Shown here: positions 1-9,254 of the stretch, one piece after another
How positions within the stretch are numbered: the first letter of the stretch is position 1
How the letters are laid out: each line of letters starts with the position of its first letter
Source of the DNA: Candidatus Woesebacteria bacterium
GTDB taxonomy: Bacteria; Patescibacteriota; Microgenomatia; UBA1400; UBA1396
Direction of reading: 5' to 3'
DNA: 64,000 nucleotides
Assembly: GCA_963749595.1 (NCBI GenBank)
Contig: CAVVNJ010000008.1
Location: 107,241-171,240 of the forward strand
Notes under the pieces: model-generated
Databases searched by the model: none
What the model was told of the DNA's origin: nothing
The model's input: only the letters and a program-made list of their open reading frames with translations
Made by a program: the position numbers and the translations under genes

Positions 1-102
1 ACTCAGTTAGTCGAGGAGTTTTTGGGACGCAAGCTGCACTCGTTTGCCTTCTTACAAGTCTGATTGGCCGTGTATACTCGATCGTAATTAAAAGGAGATG
101 TC

Positions 103-480
103 ATGACCGAGGCAGATCAGGCAATCAGGGTGGTTATTTTCGAGGATGAGGATTTTTGGGTTGAACTCGCTCAAGAGGAGTTGAAGGCGCTGGGTTGTGT
201 GATTGTTGCGGTAATTAGGAATATGGCTCAGGCTGAGCAAGTAATTCCAACCTTAGCTCAACAAAATATCCAATACGCGCTAATCGACGGTAATTTGAGC
301 AAAAATGCCTCTGGTGGTTATGATGGCCGGAGTATTCACGAGCAACTCAAGCAAGCCGCTCCAGAAATTAAAACGATCGGCTATTCGGCGGTCGATCAAG
401 CTTATGTCGATCACCAACTTGGGAAGCAAGGAATGGCTAAGAAACGTTTGGGAAAAATTATTAAGCCCCAAAATCGGTAG
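103..480 (+). CDS. CheY-like receiver-domain protein (hypothetical)
   Basis: 125-aa ORF with AAGGAG RBS 8 nt upstream. Acidic pocket (VVIFEDED), LIDGNL phospho-Asp-like position, later S/T and K positions. No output domain. Confidence 0.4.
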   Translation: MTEADQAIRVVIFEDEDFWVELAQEELKALGCVIVAVIRNMAQAEQVIPTLAQQNIQYALIDGNLSKNASGGYDGRSIHEQLKQAAPEIKTIGYSAVDQAYVDHQLGKQGMAKKRLGKIIKPQNR

Positions 481-974
481 TGCGAAAAAAGTTTCCACTT
501 TATCAGCAGCAACTTCGGACTCTAATCGGAAAGAGAGTGGAGATGATCCACCATATCGCCGACGGGATACTTCATTTGTACTTTTCGGTTGAAAAAACGG
601 ATAGTCATGAGTCAAAAACAGTTCTCTACCTTGATGGTGATTGGAATTATCAAGTAAGCGGGGAGCTTAAGATATACAAGCTTTCGGAAATGCCAGGTTC
701 GCCAAAGGAGTGGTTTCGAAAATGGGAAGATTTTGCCGAACGAGATCCCTTGGGTACTCTGGTCGATGTTGCTATCCAAAACGAGGGGCGGAAGATTAAA
801 TTTTCTTTCACCGACAATCAACAGCTAACGATCGTCGAAAACGACTGGGGAGGTGCCGAGCTTTCCCAGGAGATCAAACTACCCAATGGGGAACAAATAT
901 TTATTCACGATCGACTGCTTGAGGATCACACTGATTTTGAACATATCGAGGTCAGCTCCCAGCCTGCCGAATGA
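480..974 (+). CDS. hypothetical protein
   Basis: 164-aa ORF whose GTG start overlaps the upstream stop (TAGTG). No recognisable motifs. Confidence 0.35.
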   Translation: MRKKFPLYQQQLRTLIGKRVEMIHHIADGILHLYFSVEKTDSHESKTVLYLDGDWNYQVSGELKIYKLSEMPGSPKEWFRKWEDFAERDPLGTLVDVAIQNEGRKIKFSFTDNQQLTIVENDWGGAELSQEIKLPNGEQIFIHDRLLEDHTDFEHIEVSSQPAE

Positions 975-986
975 TACAATTACCCC

Positions 987-2373
987 ATGGCCGATTTAAT
1001 GGATAAAGTTGTTGCTCTCTGCAAACGCCGGGGATTTATTTTTCCTTCTTCCGAGATTTATGGTGGCTTGGCCAATACCTACGAATATGGTCCGGTCGGC
1101 GTCGAGTTAAAGAAAAACATCGTCGATTTATGGTGGAAAAACTTTATCCGTTCTCGTCGCGACATGGTGGGGATTGATACCTCGGTGATTTTGCACCCCA
1201 AAGTCTGGGAAGCCTCCGGTCACGTGGCCGGTTTTTCCGATGCCTTAATCGACTGCCGGGCCTGCCAAGTGCGGCGGCGGGCCGATCATTTGATTGAAGA
1301 CTATTATTCTAAAAAGGGTGAAGAGGTTAAGGTTGAAGGCAAAACCGAAGCGGAATTCGATAAACTAATTCAGGAAAATCATATTCTCTGTCCCAGTTGC
1401 GGTGGGTTTAACTGGACGCCGGTGCGACGCTTTAACTTACTATTTGAAACTAATATCGGTATCGTGCCGGAATCCCAATCCAAGGCGTATTTGCGCGGCG
1501 AGACGGCGCAAGGAATCTTTATTTCTTTGCCCAATGTCCTTGATTCTACCCGCGTGAAGCTGCCGTTCGGGGTGGGACAGGTTGGGAAAAGTTTTCGCAA
1601 TGAGATTACCCTCGGCAACTTTGTTTTTCGGACGATGGAGTTCGAACAAGGGGAGATCGAGTACTTCTTTGATCCGGAAAAGTCGGACTGGGACCGCCCT
1701 TTTCGAGCAGTGGAAAAAAGACATGTGGCAGTTTGTCACCGAGACCTTGGGGGTCAAAACCGATAATCTGCGCTGGCGGCCTCATACCGATGAGGAGCGC
1801 AGTTTTTACAGCCAGCGGACCGAAGATTTGGAGTATAACTTCCCGTTTGGCTTTAAGGAGTTGTGGGGGCTGGCCTACCGCGGCAACTATGATCTCACTC
1901 AACATCAAAAAACCTCGGGACAAAACCTTGAAGTTCTTGATCAGGAGAGTGGTAGAAAGTTTTTTCCCCATGTTATCGAGCCGGCAGTGGGAATTAATCG
2001 CTTGCTAATAATGACGTTGCTTGATGCCTATACCGAAGACACGGTTCGCAACCGCGTAGTCCTGAGGTTGAAGCCCGAGTTGGCACCATTTAAAGTGGCC
2101 GTTTTTCCTTTGCTCAAAAACAAGCCGGAATTGGTGGCTAAAGCGGAAGAAGTTTTTGATCGTTGTGCCAAGCTGGTCAACACTGCCTGGGACGATCGGG
2201 GCAATATCGGCAAGCGGTACCTGAGTCAGGACGAGATCGGAACGCCGGTTTGTCTAACCATTGATTTCCAGACTCTTGAGGATGGCACGGTCACCTGGCG
2301 TGATCGTGACACGGCTGAGCAGGTGCGGATTCATGTTCAGGATCTTCAGGAACGGCTAACTAAACTCGCTTAA
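987..2373 (+). CDS. glyS: glycine--tRNA ligase (class II dimeric type), interrupted by a single 1-nt frameshift near 1700
   Basis: N-terminal MADLMDKVVALCKRRGFIFPSSEIYGG... then EIEYFFDPEKSDW in frame 1; FEQWKKDMWQF... through the C-terminal anticodon-binding domain in frame 2 (ORFs 987..1766 and 1582..2373). The frames join if one T is removed from the T4 run at 1700-1703. Confidence 0.85.
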
Positions 2374-2389
2374 CCCCATCGCTTAAAGA

Positions 2390-2662
2390 TTACTTTTTCC
2401 ACCCTCTGACATCGGCGGCGATCGATTTCAGGTCTTCGGCGTTTGGTTCTTTCCCACCCTTTTTCCACTCATTAATCGTGTTCCAGTATTCAGCTGCTTG
2501 GTCTTTGGAGAAATCGATTGGTGTTGTCCTGGCTTGATCTTTTAACTCATCTTGCTTTTCCAGTGACGTCAATCCGGGATGCTGTCTTTTCCATTGGGCT
2601 AGCAGATCCAAATATACTGCCTCTTGTCCATCAGTCATTTGTGGCCTTGGTTTTTCGGTCAT
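2390..2662 (-). CDS. hypothetical small protein
   Basis: 90-aa ORF, no recognisable motif; overlaps ogt by 4 nt. Confidence 0.3.
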   Translation of the reverse strand: MTEKPRPQMTDGQEAVYLDLLAQWKRQHPGLTSLEKQDELKDQARTTPIDFSKDQAAEYWNTINEWKKGGKEPNAEDLKSIAADVRGWKK

Positions 2663-2997
2663 GTGTTTCCTTTCTTCTTGAGTTTATTGTTCCATCGACT
2701 GGCGGTTAGCGCAACTAGATCGCGGCGAAACTTGACCCCATCTTGCTCCAATAATTCGCGTTGTTTATCGGGTCCGCCGAAAGCGAAGGCCGGAGCTAGA
2801 CGCCCGGTAGCATTAACCACTCGATGACAGGGAACCGAAATCGGGTAGGGGTTGTGGTGGAGGCAGTTGCCAACCACGCGCGGATTGGAGATTCCAGCTA
2901 GTTTGGCAATATCTCCATAGGTTGCCACCTTGCCGGTCGGAATTTGGCGCACGACGTCATAGACTTTTTCACAAGTTTCACTCGGCGCTGAAAGCAT
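2659..2997 (-). CDS. ogt: methylated-DNA--protein-cysteine methyltransferase (MGMT C-terminal domain only)
   Basis: YGDIAKLAG...NPRVVGNCLHHNPYPISVPCHRVV: the helix-turn-helix and the PCHRV active-site cysteine motif of O6-alkylguanine-DNA alkyltransferases. Confidence 0.75.
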   Translation of the reverse strand: MLSAPSETCEKVYDVVRQIPTGKVATYGDIAKLAGISNPRVVGNCLHHNPYPISVPCHRVVNATGRLAPAFAFGGPDKQRELLEQDGVKFRRDLVALTASRWNNKLKKKGNT

Positions 2998-3020
2998 ATT
3001 GTTGACAGCATATACAAAGA

Positions 3021-3038
3021 TCTGTACATATGTACAGA
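3021..3038. promoter_or_regulatory. perfect 18-bp palindrome TCTGTACATATGTACAGA (CTGT-N8-ACAG, LexA/SOS-box-like) in the ogt / lipoprotein divergent promoter
   Basis: Seen directly: CTGT (3022-3025), 8 AT-rich nt, ACAG (3034-3037). It overlaps a TTGACA (3002-3007) -N17- TACATA promoter-like pair, lies about 24 nt upstream of the ogt start on the minus strand and 21 nt upstream of the lipoprotein ATG at 3059. A lexA gene is present at 17056. Confidence 0.45.
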
Positions 3039-3058
3039 TTGTTCAGTATCATGGAGCC

Positions 3059-3853
3059 ATGAAGATGAATCGGATAGTCCCCTTGTTTTTATTGCTCGCT
3101 TTCGCGATAACTTTGACTGGCTGTAAGAAGAAGGGTCCGGCCGAACCAAGTCCAACACCCAAAATAGCCGAAAAAGTCAATACAATTCCGGTTGAGTTGC
3201 GCCCTTATGCTCGCATTGCTCCAGATCCGGCCAAGCAGGGTCGGGGGATACTATTGTTTTTGTCCGAGTTGAAGAAACCGGCCGGAAAAGGTGAGTACGA
3301 AATCGAGTACCAGACCAACGGTTTGCTCCAGGGAGCGTTCGGGCGCTTTAAACTAACGGCCTTTCCGGAAAGCCACGATATTTTGCTCGGTAGTTGTAGC
3401 GCCGGCGGCAAATGTACGTACCATGAGAATGTCACCGGTGGTTCCTTGCTGCTCCGTTTCGATCAGCCGGAAAAATACGTTCTTAAGAATGACTGGACCT
3501 TTGTGGAGAACAAGGCCGAGGGAACGGCGATTAGTTCCCGGGATGGTAAATTCTCACTTGATGGAGCTGGCTTGGCCAAAGTAGCTCATTTTGCGATTCT
3601 ACAGACCCCAGGATTGCCCAAAAATCCGGAAACCAAAGTCTTGTCCGGCGGTTACTCAGTCGGATCGATTGCGCCGGTTGCTGGAAAGTCGACGGTTACA
3701 ATCCGGCTGAACGAAGATGCGACCGAGGCGAATATCCTGGGCTGGGATGGCAAAGATTGGGTGAAGCTGCCAGCCAAAGTGGCTGACAAGACTGCTACCG
3801 CGACGGCTCCTAAGTGGTTTGAAGCCTACGTGGTAGTGGACAATAACCAATAA
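3059..3853 (+). CDS. lipoprotein (hypothetical)
   Basis: MKMNRIVPLFLLLAFAITLTGC: signal peptide with LTGC lipobox, lysine-rich after the Cys. The track ORF starts at 2999 but the lipobox context favours the ATG at 3059. Confidence 0.5.
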   Translation: MKMNRIVPLFLLLAFAITLTGCKKKGPAEPSPTPKIAEKVNTIPVELRPYARIAPDPAKQGRGILLFLSELKKPAGKGEYEIEYQTNGLLQGAFGRFKLTAFPESHDILLGSCSAGGKCTYHENVTGGSLLLRFDQPEKYVLKNDWTFVENKAEGTAISSRDGKFSLDGAGLAKVAHFAILQTPGLPKNPETKVLSGGYSVGSIAPVAGKSTVTIRLNEDATEANILGWDGKDWVKLPAKVADKTATATAPKWFEAYVVVDNNQ

Positions 3854-3908
3854 ACGGAAGCTTAGTAAGCACTAAGGGATTTTCCCGTTATAATATGGGT
3901 TAAATATT

Positions 3909-3981
3909 GCCACCTTAGCTCAGTTGGTAGAGCGGCGCTTTTGTAAAGCGTAGGTCGTGGGTTCAAGTCCCTCAGGTGGCT
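3909..3981 (+). tRNA. tRNA-Thr (anticodon TGT)
   Basis: Manual cloverleaf: acceptor GCCACCT/AGGTGGC 7 bp perfect, D-loop with GG, anticodon stem GCGCT/AGCGT, loop TTTGTAA, T-loop TTCAAGT, one U-U mismatch in the T-stem, discriminator U. TATAAT at 3889-3894 upstream. Confidence 0.8.
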
Positions 3982-4021
3982 CTCTTGCGCACAGGGCAGC
4001 GGATCGATACACTGTGATGAT

Positions 4022-5044
4022 ATGCCTCAGACCCGACATGAAGTTCAAGAATTTGAGCCGCAGCTTGGTGGGCTTTGGGATATGTCACCGGACGTTCAAA
4101 GGAAACGTTTTCAAGGACAGCTACAGGATCAAGAGTGGCGTACTTCGACGACCAAGTGGTATCAAACCGGGAAAGATTTAGTCATAAAAAAGAAGTTGCC
4201 CTTGAACCATGAACATGGCTCTTTGCTAAATACTGACACTGCTGATCGGACCGAATTGTATTACCTGCGTCATATCTTAGAAGAAGCGATGTTGATGATT
4301 GACGAATTGATACCGGGAAGTTTTCCCTATCTTGCAGACATTAGTAAAAGGCTGGCAATTTATAGCAGCAACCAGAACGATCCGATTGCTTACTCGATGA
4401 TAGAAACTTCAGGTGTTTATCGTCTGAGGTTCATTTTGCCTCCCAAAACAGAAAGCAGCAACTTCTTTGATGAGAGTCATAGTCTACGATTAATACTCAT
4501 TATCCATGAATTGCTGCATGCCTTGTTGACGGAGCGATACCGACTCACATTTGTAACTTCATTGGATAAAAATGAGGTTGGTTTATCAGCTGTACTACAC
4601 GAAATGGGAGTTTACGCTTTCATGCCGGAAATAGTTTACCGTATGACTCAGTCAACCAAGGACAAGACCGGACTTGTCGGTCTCAAGAATCATTTCCAAA
4701 CCATCGGTCGGTTGGTTTCCAAATACAATGTAATGAGGAAAAACCCTCAAGCCATTGGTGAGCTTCGCGAAAGGGCTGCTCAGGGAAGCCCGCTCGCGGC
4801 CAACGATTTAGAAAATCTTCGATTTTTTAAGAGTTATATACCCGGATATCAGATAGTCGCCCGGCTGGAAAAAAATGGCTGGCGGTACAATCATTTCCCC
4901 ATTTTGGTCAAAAAGATTGAAGCAATTCTTCGGGAAGAACTTGGCCGAAATTATCTCAACAAAATTGGTTTTTTAGTGCTTGATGATCCGGCCGATCCGA
5001 GAGCTGACCGCATTCTGGCGCGCATCAGAGCCCTAAAACCATAA
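4022..5044 (+). CDS. HExxH-motif protein (putative zincin-like metallopeptidase), paralog A
   Basis: 340 aa with IIHELLHALLTERY and an acidic NEVG about 20 residues later (gluzincin-like spacing). Shares N-terminal (LWDMSPDVQRKRF / IWDISAEVERSRF), YYLRH, ILREELG.NY and C-terminal RILARIRALKP blocks with the next ORF. No signal peptide. Confidence 0.45.
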   Translation: MPQTRHEVQEFEPQLGGLWDMSPDVQRKRFQGQLQDQEWRTSTTKWYQTGKDLVIKKKLPLNHEHGSLLNTDTADRTELYYLRHILEEAMLMIDELIPGSFPYLADISKRLAIYSSNQNDPIAYSMIETSGVYRLRFILPPKTESSNFFDESHSLRLILIIHELLHALLTERYRLTFVTSLDKNEVGLSAVLHEMGVYAFMPEIVYRMTQSTKDKTGLVGLKNHFQTIGRLVSKYNVMRKNPQAIGELRERAAQGSPLAANDLENLRFFKSYIPGYQIVARLEKNGWRYNHFPILVKKIEAILREELGRNYLNKIGFLVLDDPADPRADRILARIRALKP

Positions 5045-5059
5045 CTAGGAGTAATAAAA

Positions 5060-6022
5060 ATGCCATTATTTCGCCGCTCAACTTCCGAAAAAGAACCCAA
5101 ACCAATCAGCATTTGGGATATTTCGGCCGAAGTAGAGCGTTCCCGATTTGAGGAAAAAATTGCCAGCAACGATTGGCGCTCCCAGACGATCTTATGGTTC
5201 ACTTCTCGTCAGGGCATGATCGGCCGGCTTGGTGTTTCTACCAAAGATCTGGCGGGGGAGCCTTATGCTGTCGATAATACACCGCTGAAGGATCTTTACT
5301 ATCTTCGCCACCTGACGGAGGAATCGCTGGCGATGATTGCCAATCTTTTTCCTCAGTATGAAAAATATCTGGTTGAAATCGATCGAAACTGCGCGCTAAT
5401 TCGTTCCTCAGAAAAACAAATTCACGCTATGCGGTGGGATACCCATCTTTTCGTCATAAACTACTTTCTTGATCCGCCCAACGGCGGTGATTTCTTTGAT
5501 CAGAATCATGGCTTGCGTATTCTCAAGTTGGTTCATGAGTTAATGCATTTGTTGATGTACGAGCGATTTGGCCTCCACAGCGTTCAATTAGCGGATCGTC
5601 GAGAAACAAATTTAGCTTCGGTGCTTAATGAGCTGGCAGTTCATACAGTAATACCGGAATTAGCGGTCCGTTTAGAAAAATCTACACCGGACAGAACCAT
5701 GCTGAAGGGTTTATCAGAGTATTTTCGAGACTGGAAAATGACGGTGCAGGCGGCAAACATGACTCATCTAGGGGCCGGGACGCGCTCTGATTCGTCACTA
5801 GAGCTAAGTCAATATCTTCCTGCGTATCAGGTAGCGGCGCGTTTAGATAAAAATGGGTGGAGTTATGCTGACTTTCCCAAGCTGGCGATTATGGTACAGA
5901 GTATTCTTCGGGAAGAGCTTGGTGAGAACTATCAAGAAATTCTTCCCCGTTTGCCGATGTCTGACCGCGATGGTTCGCCGTCTCGTCGCATACTTGCCCG
6001 CATTCGAGCCTTGAAGCCCTAA
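5060..6022 (+). CDS. HExxH-motif protein, paralog B (tandem duplicate of 4022..5044)
   Basis: 320 aa with LVHELMHLLMYERFG; collinear similarity to paralog A along the whole length, same C-terminal RILARIRALKP. Confidence 0.45.
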   Translation: MPLFRRSTSEKEPKPISIWDISAEVERSRFEEKIASNDWRSQTILWFTSRQGMIGRLGVSTKDLAGEPYAVDNTPLKDLYYLRHLTEESLAMIANLFPQYEKYLVEIDRNCALIRSSEKQIHAMRWDTHLFVINYFLDPPNGGDFFDQNHGLRILKLVHELMHLLMYERFGLHSVQLADRRETNLASVLNELAVHTVIPELAVRLEKSTPDRTMLKGLSEYFRDWKMTVQAANMTHLGAGTRSDSSLELSQYLPAYQVAARLDKNGWSYADFPKLAIMVQSILREELGENYQEILPRLPMSDRDGSPSRRILARIRALKP

Positions 6023-6069
6023 AAACCGTGGTAAAATATCTCTTCGTTAGTTATTAAAGAAAGATACTT

Positions 6070-6264
6070 ATGGCCGGCAAAAAGAAAAAAGGACCACGTC
6101 AGCTCGTCGCTTTGAAGTCGACGGCCTCTGGTCATATCACCCACTATACCCAACGCAACAAGCGCAACCGCCAGGAAAAGGGTCAGGGCAAACTCAAGCT
6201 AATGAAGTACGATCCGATCGTGAAGAAGCACGTTGAGCACGTTGAAGTTGAAAAACTGAAGTAA
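6070..6264 (+). CDS. rpmG: 50S ribosomal protein L33 (non-zinc form)
   Basis: 64 aa: MAGKKKKGPRQLVALKSTASGHITHYTQRNKRN...KLKLMKYDPIVKKH. L33 signature with the Cys ligands replaced. Confidence 0.75.
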   Translation: MAGKKKKGPRQLVALKSTASGHITHYTQRNKRNRQEKGQGKLKLMKYDPIVKKHVEHVEVEKLK

Positions 6265-6296
6265 ATCTTTCCGCCGCGCCTGATTATAATGAGTCC

Positions 6297-7691
6297 ATGA
6301 GGCGGCTCGCCAAAGGAATTTTACCGCTATTTCGTCGCCATTGGGCGATAGGATTAGTTTTGTTGCTGGGGGCAATTTTGCGCTTTTATCGGTTGGCCGA
6401 CATGGCCAATTATGATTTCGACCAGGAATATGCCACCACTTTTGCGTTACAGGTAATTAGAGAGTATCCAATCCGCTATGTCGGTCAGGGATTGTCGATT
6501 CAGGGCCTATTCATGGGCCCCTGGTATTTTTATTATCTGGTTCCCTTTTATTGGTTGTTCAGGCTAAGTCCTTTAGGGGGATTTGTGGGCTCAGTGCTGT
6601 TGGGGTTGGCGATTATTGGCGCCTACTATTTTCTGGGCCGAGAGCTATTTTCGCCGCGGGCAGGCTTGCTGGCCGCATTGTTACGGGCGACTAGTTTTTG
6701 GGCGATCAACGCTGATTGGTCAATGGTTCCGGCGTTCAGTAGTGATTTGGCGGTCTTAATTACCTGGTGGCTGTTCTTTCAGCTCTGGAGGGGAAAAAGC
6801 AATTACTTAATAGCTTTAACTTTCGTTTTCGGATTGTTCACCAGTTTTCACCTGATTCATTTTCCACTAATTTTAGTTTTCCTGGTTCTTTGGGCGGTGC
6901 GACGGTGGCGGTTTACTTGGCCGCAGTTGGGCCTAAGTCTAATTGCATTTATTGTTCCGGCCATTCCGCTCATAATGTTCGACTATTGGCGGGGTTGGGC
7001 AATGGTCCGACAAATGTCCGGATTTTTCCAGTTCGGCTCGACTAGGGGAGGGTCGATGGATAATTTGCCTACGATGATCATGGTGGTTGCGGATTTTTTG
7101 GGGGAAATACTATATTTGCCCCACATTGCTTGGCTAAGGTTTAACCTTCTCGGGTTATTTATTTTCTTCCTCTGGAAGTCGGTTCGAAAGGACAAATTAT
7201 TCCACCACTGGTCACTGGGTTTGCTTTTGGTGGTTACAATTGGATATTACACCTTCTTTCCGACCCATGTACCGGAATATTATTTGGGAGCGGTCCGCGC
7301 CCTATTCTTTTTATACGCTGCCTTTCTGTTTGATCTCTTGCTGACGAAAAAAAGACTTTGGCGTTGGGTTGCGAGCGGGGTTCTAATTTGGATTTTTGGA
7401 AAAAATCTATTACTGCTGAACCGAAAATGGCAGAGTCCCAATTTGGTTACCCTCTCGGCTAAGCAAGCGATTGTCAAGGAAATTATTCGTTCTGCCTCCG
7501 GTCAACCATTCCGGGTATCTTATATTCGGACTCTAGGCTGGGATTCCGGTTTCCGTTCGCTCTTTGCCGTTGATGGGGTCGATCCGGGTGATACTGGGCC
7601 AGAATACTTCATTGTGGTGCCCAAAGATTTGCGCTCGACCGAGGGGGTTGATTATTCAGTCGGTGGAGTTGGCTTGCTATATCCTCACTGA
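6297..7691 (+). CDS. GT-C fold membrane glycosyltransferase (GT39/ArnT/PMT-like)
   Basis: 464 aa, more than 10 predicted TM helices; N-terminal loop motif pattern of polyprenyl-phosphate-sugar-dependent GT-C enzymes. TATAAT at 6282. Confidence 0.55.
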   Translation: MRRLAKGILPLFRRHWAIGLVLLLGAILRFYRLADMANYDFDQEYATTFALQVIREYPIRYVGQGLSIQGLFMGPWYFYYLVPFYWLFRLSPLGGFVGSVLLGLAIIGAYYFLGRELFSPRAGLLAALLRATSFWAINADWSMVPAFSSDLAVLITWWLFFQLWRGKSNYLIALTFVFGLFTSFHLIHFPLILVFLVLWAVRRWRFTWPQLGLSLIAFIVPAIPLIMFDYWRGWAMVRQMSGFFQFGSTRGGSMDNLPTMIMVVADFLGEILYLPHIAWLRFNLLGLFIFFLWKSVRKDKLFHHWSLGLLLVVTIGYYTFFPTHVPEYYLGAVRALFFLYAAFLFDLLLTKKRLWRWVASGVLIWIFGKNLLLLNRKWQSPNLVTLSAKQAIVKEIIRSASGQPFRVSYIRTLGWDSGFRSLFAVDGVDPGDTGPEYFIVVPKDLRSTEGVDYSVGGVGLLYPH

Positions 7692-9253
7692 GTCGAACGA
7701 TATTCGTACAGTCGCAGACCGTCGATGTTGGCAAAAGCAGAAGGAGTACCGGAGAAAACCTCTTGCTCCACCAGCCAGCGGAGATCAAATTCCGGCTGTA
7801 CATCTGATTCGATGATGGCAAAGTGATGTGGGAGTGGGTTTTGGGTGGGTTTCAACAGATCGCCACCAAAGATCCCCGTTTGGTCCGGTCCGAAAAACAC
7901 TGGTTCGTAGCCATAATTCTTTTGTCCGTACCAGTCGAACAAGTAGGCCCAGGTAGTATTCATGCCGTAGGGGATAGTCAGAGTGGAAATCGAGAACGGC
8001 TCCCCGCCTGCCCGGCGGTAGGTCTCATTGATCAGCTTCAGATGTGATCTCAAGTCCGCTTCTTGTTGGACGGCCAGCTCATTGTAGGTTCTGACGTTTA
8101 ATTTGCGGACGTAGGAGAGATTGCTCAAGGTAAAGATCGACAGAAAAATTGTCACCGCCCAATATTTTGCTTTGGTGTGGAATAGAGACCAAATGACAAT
8201 CGGGAAAATTAGGTACCAGGCATTTTCCCAACCGGCAAAAGCATGGTATGACCGGCGGGCCTGGATGAAAAAAAGCCAAAGGGGTGATGCGAGCCAGATC
8301 GAGATGAAAATCAATGTTTTCCCCGGTAGTTTTTTGCTGGCGGCAACCAGGACAAAAATCGTCGCGGCAATACCAAAAAGAGCTTGGCTGGGGAAAATTT
8401 GCAGGGACATTTTTTTCTCAATTACGACTTCAGAGAGATTTTTCAAGCTCTGGGAGATATGGGCTCCTGGTCCAAAAAGGCCTATCAGCTTCTGCCAATC
8501 TAATATTCCGGCCTGCCAGAGTTGGAGTTCACCGACCATGATGCTGGCCACCAGACCAAAGTAAATCAAAGATGAAACGGCTAATTGCCTCCGGGAAAAA
8601 AGACGGTAGGTGTTTTCTTTTTCTGCCCGGTATAGAAAAGCGATAACCATAGACGCCCAGAGCGTAACGCTAAACAACACCGATTGGTTGGCCAGTCCGA
8701 TTGCCGCAGCTAGGACCGGCAACCAGCGATTCTGCTTTTGGAAAAATACCCGCCACAGAGCATAAAAGAAAAGTAAATTGGCGGTGCCGGAGAAAGCCGG
8801 ATTGGAAAGCCAGGTGTGAATTTGGGCGCCGTCAAAAGACAATGCGACCATGAAAGCAGAAGCGCCAGCCAGGAAGCGGGAGCGGGTAATGTCTCGTGCC
8901 AACCAGTACATTAATGGTGCTGCGGTCGCGCCCAGGAAACTCAAGAAAATGACGACGGCAATCGGGTCGCCGCCGCCCAAAGCGTAGACGGGAGCGATTA
9001 GGTAATAGTACAAAACTCCATGATAGAGAAGATCGTTTGAGCCGCTGGCTGACGGACCTTGGATTTTTAAATCCCCTTGGGAAATCTCGCGGACCAGAAT
9101 CGCGTCACGGGCCTGGTCCCAATAAAACGTGACTTGGTTGCGGTCGGCCATCCAGATTCGGAAGGCGGCCGCTATTAGGAAAAGACCAACTGAAATGAGC
9201 AAATCAAGCCGATGTTGAGATAGCCGTCGTTTCATTTCTGCCAAAAATTTCAT
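7685..9253 (-). CDS. GT-C fold membrane glycosyltransferase (GT39-like, DQARD loop)
   Basis: 522 aa multi-TM. First periplasmic loop YWDQARDAILVREISQGD...GPSASGS is shared with paralogs at 9255, 30935 and 37440. Confidence 0.55.
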   Translation of the reverse strand: MKFLAEMKRRLSQHRLDLLISVGLFLIAAAFRIWMADRNQVTFYWDQARDAILVREISQGDLKIQGPSASGSNDLLYHGVLYYYLIAPVYALGGGDPIAVVIFLSFLGATAAPLMYWLARDITRSRFLAGASAFMVALSFDGAQIHTWLSNPAFSGTANLLFFYALWRVFFQKQNRWLPVLAAAIGLANQSVLFSVTLWASMVIAFLYRAEKENTYRLFSRRQLAVSSLIYFGLVASIMVGELQLWQAGILDWQKLIGLFGPGAHISQSLKNLSEVVIEKKMSLQIFPSQALFGIAATIFVLVAASKKLPGKTLIFISIWLASPLWLFFIQARRSYHAFAGWENAWYLIFPIVIWSLFHTKAKYWAVTIFLSIFTLSNLSYVRKLNVRTYNELAVQQEADLRSHLKLINETYRRAGGEPFSISTLTIPYGMNTTWAYLFDWYGQKNYGYEPVFFGPDQTGIFGGDLLKPTQNPLPHHFAIIESDVQPEFDLRWLVEQEVFSGTPSAFANIDGLRLYEYRSTQ

Positions 9254-9254
9254 A

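Noticed and set aside
1690-1710. Programmed ribosomal frameshift in glyS at C_CCT_TTT
   Set aside because: The frame change required is +1, not the -1 promoted by X_XXY_YYZ heptamers. No downstream pseudoknot or stop codon context is apparent. A single-base homopolymer error is simpler.
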